Assembly (NCBI RefSeq): GCF_001194135.2
Contig: NC_068989.1
Location: 16,725,347 to 16,789,346, forward strand
DNA length: 64,000 nt
From: Octopus bimaculoides
Lineage: Eukaryota
Reading direction: 5' to 3'
Shown: in pieces, positions 1 to 11,659 of the stretch
Layout of the letters: every line of letters starts with the position of its first letter
Position numbering within the stretch: the stretch's first letter is position 1
Translations under genes and position numbers: made by a program
The notes under the pieces: generated by a model
Told to the model about the DNA's origin: nothing
The model's database searches: none
Seen by the model: only the letters and a program-made list of their open reading frames with translations

Positions 1-3000
1 AATATATATATGTATATATATAAACATTATTGATGTCACATACATAACGTATGTGTTTTGTTTATGAGCTCTTCAGCTCTTGTCAAACTGTCCAACCCAT
101 ATCATCATGGAAGACAGTCATTAAATGATGACAATATACGAATATTCATTTGTATATGTTATATATACAAATTATAGATTATACATTTTGTGTGTGTTTG
201 CGTGCACATGCATGCATGTGTATGGTAGGTGCCATATTGTAGGTGCTTCAACATTTCTGTTTCCTGTCCACAGAAATAATTTTAAAAAGCAGACTTTTCA
301 TTTTTCCAGTGTTCAATTAGATGGAACAGTGAGGGCTAAAGGGCGGTACTTCTTGATAAATTATAATGTATAGTACATTTTCATGTACTGAAAAATCTCA
401 AAGTAGTAAGAAAGAGGAGACGCATAAACCTCCAAGCATGAGATCTATGGCCTGAAGTAGATTCCTTATGGTTGCTATTCTATCCTGTTTTCTATATCTT
501 TATAGAAAATCAAATCTCCTGTACTTGACAGAATGCTGAGCAGTATTTCTTCTGGCTCATTACATTCTGAGCTCAAATCCCACCAAGGTTGACTTTTCCT
601 TCCTTCCTCCCTTTCAGGGTCAATAAAATAAAGTACCAGTCAAGTACTGAAGTAAATATATTTAACTTGTCCATTTCCCTCAAAACTGTAAGCCTTGTAC
701 CAAAATTTGAAACTTTATTTTATCAATCCTGGATGGATAAAAGGTAAACTTGATCTAGACCATATTTGAACCCAAAACTTAAAGAGCTGTAACTTAATAC
801 AACACATTTTGTCCATCTGTCTAATGATTCTATTCTGTCAGTCCATTAACATTTTCAATTATTTCATTAATGCCTTTGAGATATTAATTAACATTCTAAT
901 ATCTCATTTCCTTCCTCTCATTACAGAAGTCAGTTGAATCAATTATAGACTAATGAGGAGCTCATCTTGCAAGAATTAGCAATCAAATACATCTCAGATC
1001 ATTCCCTAACATCTTAAAAAGGAACAGTGCATTAGATAATGTAGTCTGGATAAAAGAAGGGATGTCCATGGATGGAATGCCTTTGATCATAGATCTCTAG
1101 GCTTCTGCTCATTCATGTCCAACATGGGGCTAAATTGCTTCATCATGGATCAAATCAATCATTGACAAGTGCTATTGATTGTGAGAATCAAACAATTTAT
1201 TTATTTCCACTGGGAATTATACAAAACATTTAACATCTCATTTTTTTCTAATATGTATTTGTGCGTATATGTGTATGTGTGGGGGATGATGTTCAAAATT
1301 GTGTGCATATGTTTTTTAATGCTTATTGAAACTGTAAACAACACACAAAAGTGTGTTGTTTCTTAGGAGGGGAGTCCCCTTCCATAAAAAACTTCTGGTA
1401 ACTGTCTTTCAGGGCTTTCTTCCCTTCTCTGTCTCTTTGGTTCAGGTAAATCTTTCTCTGGGGTTTCTTTTCTTTTTTTCTTTCAGTAATAACGTGTGCA
1501 ATGTTAGTTGTTTTTGCCCACATTATAAAAAATTTCCAAAATGAGACACAACATTTTCATTGAAAAAGTTTACTGCTTTATTTGCTACCACTGTATCAGA
1601 GTGATATTTCCCCAAAGTTGCAAAGAAAACCTAAGCAAAAAGAAATTTAACCTAAAAGAGACCGATAGAATAAGTACTAGGCTTCCAAAGAATAAGTCCT
1701 GGGGTCGATTTGCTCCACTAAAAGGCGTTGCTCCAGCATGGCCGCAGTCGAATGACTGAAACAAGTAAAAGAGTAAAGAGTAAAAAGAATTTAATACATC
1801 TTTTATTGTTTTTCTTGTCAATGGTATTCCAATTGATCAACTAAACTGCCTTCTCATTAAATCATAAGGCACATGGTTGGGTATTCCACAGATACTGGTA
1901 AGTAGAATAAACATGGAATAGTGATAAAGCTGACCACAGCCCATCTGTTGGCCTTCTCTTTTCCACTCATGTTGTCAACTGGACACTATGATAGAATATT
2001 CAAGATGTCACACGCTGAGATCATCGAACCCTGGACTTCCTTTATAACAAAGTAAATCACTCGGTCATGCCTGATATATTAACAATAAAAGGCATGACAA
2101 TGAACAAAGAGGAGAGGAAAGAGAAGAGAGAAAGAAACAGCACCAAAATACAATGAAGTTACTTTAGCGACATCAGTTGAAAAGCTACACTTCATTGTTT
2201 TTCCAGCATTTTCTTTTTTCCTCTTGATCTTGTAAAACGTTTTTATTTTCTCTCCCTGCTATCTCTGCTTTTTCTTTTTTCTAGGTCTTTCTCAAATTTC
2301 CCCACTTCCATCTCTCTCCCTCTCTATCTATCTCACACACTCACACTCATTCATTTTGCTTAATGGTAGTTAGTTTGCATTGTGTGATAGAGATATTCTT
2401 TATTCTTTCTTTTTTTTTTGGTTTTTTACTTCTAATGCATTCTCTTTTTGTCTGTCTTCTTTTTTATCCCACCATCCATTTCATTCATTCTCTCTCCATT
2501 TTCTCATCTCATTTTCATTTTATATATAGCAAGTTTCCTTTTTCTTCATTTTTTTTTCTCCGTTTACCCTCCCCATTAATTTCTTCATCTCACTCTTTCT
2601 GTCTTGGGTCTCTTTTTAATCTTATATTTTCTCCTTGTTCCCATTCATATTTGCACAGTTTCTCTTATTATATAAATATATGTTTAAATATATTCTGTTA
2701 TATATATATATAGAGAGAGAGAGAGACAGACAGACAGAGAGTGTGTGTATGTGTGTTAAACACACACACATTACAGAATATATTTAGATATTTAGCCAAT
2801 TCTATTTGTTTAGACATGTAAAGACACCATATCTATTATATACAAAAATATTGGTTAAAAGATTTATAGATATATTCTGTAGTATATTCTTGTATAGCAT
2901 TGACAAAACATTTTTAGTGCACCATACGTATTCAGTCATCTCATAAATAATGTTTTTTTCAATTGCATAAACTAAAAGTCGGAGGGGGACGGGATAAACT

Positions 3001-3049
3001 ACCTGCATCAACTTGCAATAAAAGCAGCTATTAATTTTACCTTGTTGTT

Positions 3050-4430
3050 ATTCTTAGTGCAAGGTTTGAAGAGTGCAGCTCAGTTTCAACAGCTATTTCT
3101 TTCAAAGCTATAATGGAAGTGACAAAGGAGCATATTCGGCATATTTTGCTTTATGATTTCAATAAAGGCAACAACACAACGGTAAGTGCGAGAAATATTA
3201 AATGCAGTATATGGAGATCGGACAATAAGTGTAAGCCAGTGTCAATGGTAGTTCCAGAAATTCTGAGCCGGAAACTACAGTCTAGAAAACAAGCCTCATT
3301 CTTGAAGATCTGTAGAACTTGACGAGGACGTCCTGCAATTGAAGAACTAGCAGAGAAGCTTGGATTTGGTCATTCAATCATTCATCGACACCTGCAGGTC
3401 ATTGAAAAAGTTAGCAAAGTGGGTCAATGGGTTCTTCCCAAACTTTCCCAGTCTAATCACGTGCAGAGAGTGAATGTGTGTTCTTCTTTGCTGTCACATT
3501 TCATGAATGAATGTTTTTTGGACCAAATAGTGACTGGTGGCAAGAAATGGGTTCTCTATAAAAATGTCAAGTGCCAAAGACAGTGGGTAGGGAAGGGGGA
3601 AACACCGGCACCCCAGGCTAAAGAAGTCTTCATCTATGTAAGGTGTTGTTATCTCTTTGGTGGGATGTGAAAAGTTTAGTTGGTANNNNNNNNNNNNNNN
3701 NNNNNNNNNNNNNNNNNNNNNNNNNNNNNNNNNNNNNNNNNNNNNNNNNNNNNNNNNNNNNNNNNNNNNNNNNNNNNNNNNNNNNNNNNNNNNNNNNNNN
3801 NNNNNNNNNNNNNNNNNNNNNNNNNNNNNNNNNNNNNNNNNNNNNNNNNNNNNNNNNNNNNNNNNNNNNNNNNNNNNNNNNNNNNNNNNNNNNNNNNNNN
3901 NNNNNNNNNNNNNNNNNNNNNNNNNNNNNNNNNNNNNNNNNNNNNNNNNNNNNNNNNNNNNNNNNNNNNNNNNNNNNNNNNNNNNNNNNNNNNNNNNNNN
4001 NNNNNNNNNNNNNNNNNNNNNNNNNNNNNNNNNNNNNNNNNNNNNNNNNNNNNNNNNNNNNNNNNNNNNNNNNNNNNNNNNNNNNNNNNNNNNNNNNNNN
4101 NNNNNNNNNNNNNNNNNNNNNNNNNNNCAAGGGGGGAAAGGTTCAGATTACATATAGTCCATCTGGACCGTTTAGTCCACTTAGAACTTTTAAACTCAAA
4201 CCAATTGATAACAAAAGGTTTTTACTGCAAGCGGCTTAAGTCAGCGCCAGAAGAAAAACAACCATCTTTGGTTTCAAGATGAAAGGTGTTCTTCCATCAG
4301 GATAATGCTTGGCCACAAACAGTGAGGATGACGTTCCAAAGGCTGAAGCTGTTTGAATGGGGAATGATGCCCCACCCACCATATTCGCTGGACATTGCCC
4401 CATCTGATTATCATTTATTATTTCTCTTAC
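3050..4430 (+). mobile_element. Mariner (DD34D/SETMAR-like) transposase pseudogene spanning an N gap
   Basis: Frameshifted fragments MEVTKEHIRHILLYDFNKG, WVLPKLSQ, QIVTGGKKWVLYKN, HQDNAWPQ, HPPYSLDIAPSDYHL. Confidence 0.85.
3686..4128. other. Assembly gap (N run)
   Basis: Further gaps at 6669-6980, 43991-44133, 47370-47934 and 49029-49338. Track ORFs containing X runs are artefacts of these gaps. Confidence 0.99.
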
Positions 4431-4479
4431 CTAAGTGAGTTAATTAGCAGTGAAAGGTGGCTATTCTGAAAGTATAGTC

Positions 4480-4990
4480 ACTAGACTAAAAATGAGCTGG
4501 AGAAAGTTCAGAGAGCTATACACCTCTGTTGGTAACAAAATGTTTCTGTCTTAGAGTCAAAGGCCAATTGTATGATGGATGTGTATGACCAGCAATGCTT
4601 CATGGTAGTGAGACGAGGGTCCTGAAAGCAGAGGACATGTGAAGGAGAGAAGGAAATGAAGTAAGCATGCTCTGGTGGATGTGCAGCATTAGGGTTCATG
4701 TATGACAAGGTGCAAGAGTATTGAAAGAAGAATTGGGCATAAGAGAAACAGATTTAGTGTACAAGAGAGAAGACTGTGATGGTTTAGTCATGTGATGTGG
4801 CTACATAAAGAAGTGTCAATCACTAAATGTAGATGGAACTTGTGGAAGCGGGAGATCTAGGAAGACATAGGATGTAGTGAAGATTGACCTCATGATGTTA
4901 AGCTTTTTGGAAATGACAAAAGACAATGATAATTTGGTAATTTGCTGTGCTTGAGAAGATCTCTTTGTCATGACAAATATGGGGTCCTAA
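4480..4990 (+). mobile_element. RTE-clade LINE, degenerate 3' ORF end
   Basis: Similar to the minus-strand RTE end at 43439-43651 (gtgtcaatcacta...ggaacttgtggaagcgggagatctaggaagacat, the GRGRPRKTW region). Confidence 0.55.
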
Positions 4991-5109
4991 AGCATTATGT
5001 TTATATCTCTGTCCTTGCAACCAATATGTCTTTATCGAGCCTCTCCTACCTCTCATCTTTTTTAACACCAATTCCTCTTCTACTTACACACAGCACAATT
5101 CATTCAAGT

Positions 5110-5720
5110 ATTAAAATTATGTGAGAACTGCATACATTTCATCCCTTTTTGTGATGCCAGTTATCTATCCTTGAAACTACTTCCTTTTGTAACCCATTCT
5201 CAATATAATGCTCTCCCACTTTGTTTTTCCTTTGAATAATCTGTTCCCTTGAACAGATTATCTTATGACTGTCATAGCTCATCTGTAACACTCTCTCATA
5301 TCTACCATTGATAACTCCTTCCACCTTTTTCATCACTCACTATATCCACCCCCTATATACCTCTGACCTCCATCTCTGTTTCGTCCCTACTCTCCCCACA
5401 TCACAGCTCCCTATTGCTGCTCTCCACTCTTTCTGTACTACCTCTTATCACCTCCCGTACTGACCCATTCCTATTTCCTTCACCCTTCCCACCTAATTGA
5501 TATTCATCATCAACCACACTGCCACCCTTATTCATAATTCTCTGTATTCAGCACTAACCATCCACCACTCACTCTTTTGAACTTACCTGCCCACCCATCT
5601 TCCTCAATCCTGTTAAATTCACCTGAGAGTACATTGAGAGTACACCCTGAAACCACCTCTTATCTCTTTTTCCAGCTATTTCCACCCATCATTATGTAGT
5701 AGAGAGTAGCTATGTATCTC
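5110..5720 (-). mobile_element. Probable RTE LINE endonuclease-region relic
   Basis: Pyrimidine-rich plus strand whose complement gives APE-like fragments. A similar relic lies at 27680-28160. Confidence 0.35.
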
Positions 5721-7889
5721 CTCTACAGCAAGATACCTGTTCCTGTCCCTCTATCATATTTTAGCCTTTCAACACCTGCCATAAACCAGCTTCCCTCCTG
5801 CTACACTGACACTCAGTCAAGGGGGACAATTGCACTGGTGCTGGTATCACAAAAAAAAAAAAAAAAGCATCCATTAAACTTTGTAAAATGGTTAAGAAAG
5901 GCATCCAACCATAGAAACTATGCCAAAGCAGACATTGTAACTCAGCAGTCCTCAGTCTTTTGGGATCCTGTCAAGACATCCAACCCATGCCTGCATTGTT
6001 AACAGATGTTAATTGATAATGATGATGGTAAGTATAATTATGGGTGCAGGCATGGCTTTATGGTTAAGTAAGTTCTCTTTCCAACCACATAGTTTTGGAT
6101 TCAGTCCCACTGTGTAGCACCTTGGGCAAGAGTCTTCTACTAATAACCCTGGGCCAATCAAGCTTTGTGAAGTAGATCTAGTGGATGGGAACTGAAAGAA
6201 ACCTCTTGTATTTGCATGTCCTTCACTTCCCATTGCACAATAGTTTTGAGTCACTATCATACATTTCCAATATTCTGTGAAACCGTATCTGGTCATGGGG
6301 AAATATTACCTTGCTTGGAAACATATGAGTTGGTGACAGAAAGGACAGCTGGCCATAGAAAATCTGCTTCAATGAATTCTGTCTGACCCTTGCAAGCAAG
6401 AAAAAGTGGACATTAAAAACGAATGAGATAATACATGGGTAGCCGTTGCCAGTACCACCTGACTGGCCCACGTGCCGGTGGCACGTAAAAGCACCCACTA
6501 CACTCTCGGAGTGGTTGGCGTTAGGAAGGACATCCAGATGTAGAAACTCTGCCAAATCAGATTGGAGCCCGGTGTAGCCATCTGCTTTCACCAGTCCTCA
6601 GTCAAATTGTCCAACCCATGCTAGCATGGAAAGCGGACGTTAAACGATGATGATGATGATGAGTACACNNNNNNNNNNNNNNNNNNNNNNNNNNNNNNNN
6701 NNNNNNNNNNNNNNNNNNNNNNNNNNNNNNNNNNNNNNNNNNNNNNNNNNNNNNNNNNNNNNNNNNNNNNNNNNNNNNNNNNNNNNNNNNNNNNNNNNNN
6801 NNNNNNNNNNNNNNNNNNNNNNNNNNNNNNNNNNNNNNNNNNNNNNNNNNNNNNNNNNNNNNNNNNNNNNNNNNNNNNNNNNNNNNNNNNNNNNNNNNNN
6901 NNNNNNNNNNNNNNNNNNNNNNNNNNNNNNNNNNNNNNNNNNNNNNNNNNNNNNNNNNNNNNNNNNNNNNNNNNNNNNNNGCCCTTGTGCTTACAGTAGA
7001 AAGATTTATTATTCTGGTGAATAAGATAGTAAGTTGGCAGAATCATTAATTAGTATGCCTGAGATTTCTTCTGGGTTCAAATTCCACTGAGGTCAACAGT
7101 GACTTGGACTAATGAATGTTAATGACTAACTCACCCTACCCCTAGAATAGTTGGCCCTATGCCTATAGTACAAAAGATTATTAATTGGCGTTAGGAAGGG
7201 CATCCAGCTGTAGAAACTCTGCCAAATCAGATTGGAGGCTGGTGTTGCCATCTGGTTTCACCAGTCCTCAGTCAAATCGTCCAACCCATGCTAGCATGGA
7301 AAGCGGACGTTAAACGATGATGATGATGATGAGTACACTATGAAATCACAAAAAATGACAACCAGTTCTATGCAGTCTTAGGTATACTGTGCCCAAATGA
7401 AAAACGGGATGGTACAAATGGAATGTTTCTGATCATAAGACTTGGATCTAAACAAGTGAATGTGTATGTGTGACCAGCTCTAGTTTAAACAGTTTCTTCT
7501 TATTTATATTTCCAAGACAACCTTTGTCTTATCTTGAATAAGGTGTTTGTAGTGGCAGCTGTCGTCTATTTAAAATCAATTTTAGATAAAAATAATTTCT
7601 AACAAATGCACAAGGCTACAAATAAGTGGAAAAGAAGAACTTATATTGATCTTTCTTATATTGTATGAACTTATTATATTGATGATTGTTACTTCCTTTA
7701 TAAACAAAAACAAAAAAAAAAAGGCAAAGTTGACCGATAGGCACTTAGCTTTTAACTGTTATATTAAACTATTTTCTCTATCATTCACAGGTATTTTTTC
7801 TTTTTTCTTTTCTTTTAGATAAGATTAAAGTGAACACTACCACCTGTCATTTGTTATCACTGAATTTGAAACTTTGTTGTTGATATGTT

Positions 7890-9653
7890 CACTGATCAGG
7901 AAACAGTTTATTGGTGGCAAGATATTTGTTTGTTAGTAAGACAGACTGTATCAATAATTACAAAAGCTAAAGTCCATTGATAACAAAATGAAAAATAAGC
8001 AACGTTAAACTAAATCTTACCTAAAATTTAAAAATAATTAAACAATAACTGGCACTACTAATTGCATTCAGAAGGTAAAATCAGAAAAGTCATATTACTA
8101 GATTTTGTAAGTTTATTTTTCTCAGTTGAAGATAAAAGACTATTAAAGGGAAATAAGAAAATTCCTTCAAAGTTAAAACAGGAACATAGTGCCAGTCTGT
8201 CTACCAATCCTTCCATGGTTATATTTGTTATGAACTTGAACTATCTGTGCTTTATTTAATTTTGAAAATAAGCATTGAGGAATTTTAGCACAAGAAGCTA
8301 TCATTATTAAGCTGGTGTTAAATAAGGTTTTTATATATAGTTATGACGGAAGGTTTTAATTTAAACACACACTTTAAAACTAAGTTTTTATCTTAGAATC
8401 AGAAAGTTTTGGGAAGGTTAACACTGAAAGGATTAAATAACATGTTTAAAAGGGAAAACTATATCTTACATGAACATATACATATGAAGTATAAGAAGTA
8501 TGTACATGCAACCAGAACTGTGAAGTCAAATGTCATTTTCAAACTCATTTCTTTGATAACCAACTTAAGAACATTGAGATTCTTGTGCCACTGGCTTCTT
8601 CACAAAACTGACAACTTTTATGCAGACATGTGCACTAATATTTTTAAAGAATTAAAAACAGATTCAAATCATGTTCCATTTGGTAATAATACATTTATTC
8701 AAAGTCTATATACAGGAAAGTTTCAGTGAATTGTATACAATATCAGGATAAAATTTAGCATTACTACCAAATTACATGGCATTTTTGTTATGAGGCAAAC
8801 ACTTGATAAACTATTTATTTAGAGGAAAAAAAAGCAACAACTAATTCATAGATGGTACAAAATATTTATTGAAAATAGTTTTGAGTAAATATATATTTAA
8901 AAAAAATTTATCACTTGCATGTATATGTATATATGTGTGTATGAGTATGTGTGTATATTAGATATATATATGCACACCTATTCCATACATTTTAATATAT
9001 GTATGCATATGCACATACAGAGAAATACATATAAAGGATGCATATAGATAAGATTACATAAATATAATACTAGACAAAATATTGTATCTAAAACTGATTT
9101 TTCAAATTTCTTTCAAACAGATTGTTTTATATATTTGAACTAAATATGATTATTATTTAGGTTATTTTGATGAAATGGTCAGTCTTTAATAGACAAATTG
9201 TAGAGGTAAATGAAATAAATTCTGTAAAATAATCTAAAACCTTTGGCAATCTAAAAGAAAAAAAAAATAATGATAATCATGATAAAATCATATGCACCCT
9301 CCATAACAAATTTCTAAGTTAAAAAGAAAAACAAACAACTTTGCTAATTGACCAGAATGATTCATTAGCCAAATTGTTATAAATTGGCTCAAATGTTTAA
9401 GTTGTGTTATAGTGTAATTATATTATTTTTCGATTGATATATTGTTGAAGACAAGCAGCTATCAGAAACACTCAACACACCCATTCTTCATCATGGACAC
9501 ACTCATACACACATTTTTCATAGCACACGTCAAAGCATTCAGTGTTTAATGGTATAATGTGCAACCTAAAACTGAATAAACAGTAGGTGTCACAAGTTTT
9601 GTTAATGCAACCATTGACAGCTGATTATTTGAGCATTAGATAGAGGCCGGACT
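7890..9653 (-). other. Probable long 3' UTR of syntenin; the true end is uncertain
   Basis: AU-rich stretch after the stop codon, free of recognisable SINEs. Several minus-strand AATAAA sites (plus-strand TTTATT near 8865, 8813, 8694, 8252, 8112, 7907). Confidence 0.45.
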
Positions 9654-9708
9654 TCACAGGTCAGGGATTGAATGATCCATTAATTTCTTCATCAAACTGT
9701 TACCCATG
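9654..9708 (-). CDS. SDCBP: Syntenin-1 last coding exon ((C)MGNSLMKKLMDHSIPDL-stop)
   Basis: Acceptor ttcttctacag|C; 55 nt to TGA at 9656-9654. The conserved syntenin C-terminus MDHSIPDL corresponds to human MDHTIPEV. Confidence 0.96.
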
Positions 9709-10049
9709 CTGTAGAAGAAACAAAATTAAACAGAATAAATAGAAGTTTACATTAATCTCTTTACACTTTTACTGGTTTCAGACATTAGACTGAGACTATG
9801 CTGTAGCATCAGAACTTATTCTATAAACCCAATAAAGAATGAAAGTGAAAGTGGACTCGGGTAGGTTTGTAAAGAGATATGATCAAATAACAAAAAGTAT
9901 TTTCTCCTACACCCTTCAGACTCTGCCACACACTACTTACTATAACACACTATTGCTAAACACTACCATTATACAGTTCTATATTTAAGAGATGAGGAAT
10001 TATTTACATTATTTACATTTGACGGATATTTCTCCTCATCTTGTTTGTT

Positions 10050-10092
10050 AACACGTTTCGGCTGATATACCCTCCAGCCTTCGTCAGGTGTC
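10050..10092 (-). ncRNA. Hammerhead ribozyme copy with a 3-nt deletion at the cleavage site (likely inactive)
   Basis: Same core and stem II as 10352-10397, but it reads GAAACGUGUU instead of GAAACGUUGUGUU. Confidence 0.6.
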
Positions 10093-10351
10093 TTGGGGAA
10101 ATTTCGAACCTGGGTTCTCATTCCTAACGATGTTACTATTATTATTTATTATTATTATTACTATTATTAATCAGGTCGCTGCCGTGAATCGAACTCGGAA
10201 CCTTGTGGTTAAGAGCGCGGGCTACTAACCCCAAGGTTCCGAGTTCCGAGTTCGATTCACGGCAGCGACCTGATTAATAATAGTAATAATAATAATAAAT
10301 AATAATAGTAACATCGTTAGGAATGAGAACCCAGGTTCGAAATTTCCCCAA

Positions 10352-10397
10352 GACACCTGACGAAGGCTGGAGGGTATATCAGCCGAAACGTTGTGTT
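10352..10397 (+). ncRNA. Minimal type I hammerhead ribozyme, core intact
   Basis: GACAC-CUGACGA-A-GGCUG(gagggtatat)CAGCC-GAAAC-GUU-GUGUU. Stem I is GACAC/GUGUU, stem III is the palindrome AACGUU, and the NUH triplet GUU predicts cleavage after 10392. Confidence 0.75.
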
Positions 10398-11361
10398 AAC
10401 AACTAACAAGATGAGGAGAAATATCCGTCAAATGTAAATAATGTAAATAATGTAAACTACCATTATAATCCATAAAGCCATATGCTATCATTATATATCT
10501 TTATCACTACGCACTGCCTTACATACCTTATTGTTATATGCTACAATTACATGCTCTCATCACTACTATACACTACCAGGACACTCATATAAAATAGAGT
10601 GCCAGTATTATCATAGACATGAAACTGAATGATATTGGGCTACTACCTAACAAATTATAAGTTCAAAACCACTGCAAGTGTTTTATTTCTCATCCCAAGT
10701 CCATGTAACTGAAAATTCTAAAAACTCTTTGATATCATTGGAGAGAGAAAGAGCTAGCTCTGATTCCTTTAATGCTATAGAATCTATGTGTAGACAGTAA
10801 AAGGGAGAACTGAAGACCACATATTGCACATGGTGACAAAACCTTTTTGTACAGAATTTCCTACATATCTATACGTATGTTATACTGATATAAATACTTA
10901 GTCATCATCATCATCATCATCATCATTTAGCATGCATGGAAGATGGATGATAAACAATGATGATGATGATGACTTTAAATACTTATATCAGTGTAGCATA
11001 AATATACAACATACATATACATATGTAGAAAATTGTTTGGAATTTATCAGTAGCTCCTACCACAATCAGGAAGAATAAAAATTTAAAAGATGTGAACAAA
11101 ACTGATTGTAAAATAAAGCTACATATCCCAAATTCTTAGTAGTAACTTAACTGCAGTTTGAAGGGTCATAAGAATTTGTTTTTAAAACAAGCTACAAAAA
11201 CAGGTCACATAATTATCGGTTATAATAGGCTCCTCCTACACAAAAAAATATAACATCATATTTCTGTTAGCAGTAAAAAGAAATAAAATTGTTGGCATTA
11301 TCTCAGATCTGTACCATAGGTTCCATACTTTGGATGCTATTTGGAAGTTGTTACTTATATA

Positions 11362-11659
11362 CAGGGTGTCCAGAAAGTCTGGGTACATGGAGTAAATAAA
11401 ATCATAACATAAACAATTAAATATAAGAAATAAGAATTTCTTAGAGTATGTGTTAATCCCCCATGTGGGTACATGGAGTAAATAAAATCATGACATAAAT
11501 AATTAAATACAAGAAATAATAACTTTCCTTTTTTTACTTTTGGAAAATGATGGAAATCATTTTGAAAATATTATTTATTAACATTATAATTGAATAAAAT
11601 TGTTTTGTTTTTAAAAGTATGTGTTAATCCTCATGTACCCAGACTTTGTGGACACCCTG
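11362..11659. mobile_element. Tc1/mariner-type MITE with an internal tandem duplication
   Basis: TA|CAGGGTGTCCA.AAAGTCTGGGTACATG TIRs with TA flanks. A block of about 90 bp is duplicated internally. Confidence 0.8.

Larger units (their letters stand above)
9974..10455. mobile_element. Fold-back insertion of a tRNA-headed, Penelope-like-tailed retroelement (two inverted copies)
   Basis: Arms at about 10000-10210 and 10227-10450 are near-perfect reverse complements. The insertion is flanked by the 12-bp direct repeat actaccattata (9962-9973, 10456-10467) and has (TGTAAATAA)n tails. Confidence 0.85.

Noticed and set aside
300-455. Plus-strand acceptor-like site and short frames (VQLDGTVRAKGRYF; MYSTFSCTEKSQSSKKEETHKPPSMRSMA)
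   Set aside because: No recognisable homology and no partner exons in the window.
6523-7338. Two near-identical retroposon tails, both followed by gagtacac, on either side of a gap
   Set aside because: Most simply a gap-edge or haplotype assembly duplication, so not treated as biology without long reads.
10206-10260. Functional tRNA gene (also the SINE heads near 20160-20229 and 22050-22119)
   Set aside because: No complete cloverleaf or acceptor stem; these are tRNA-derived retroposon heads.
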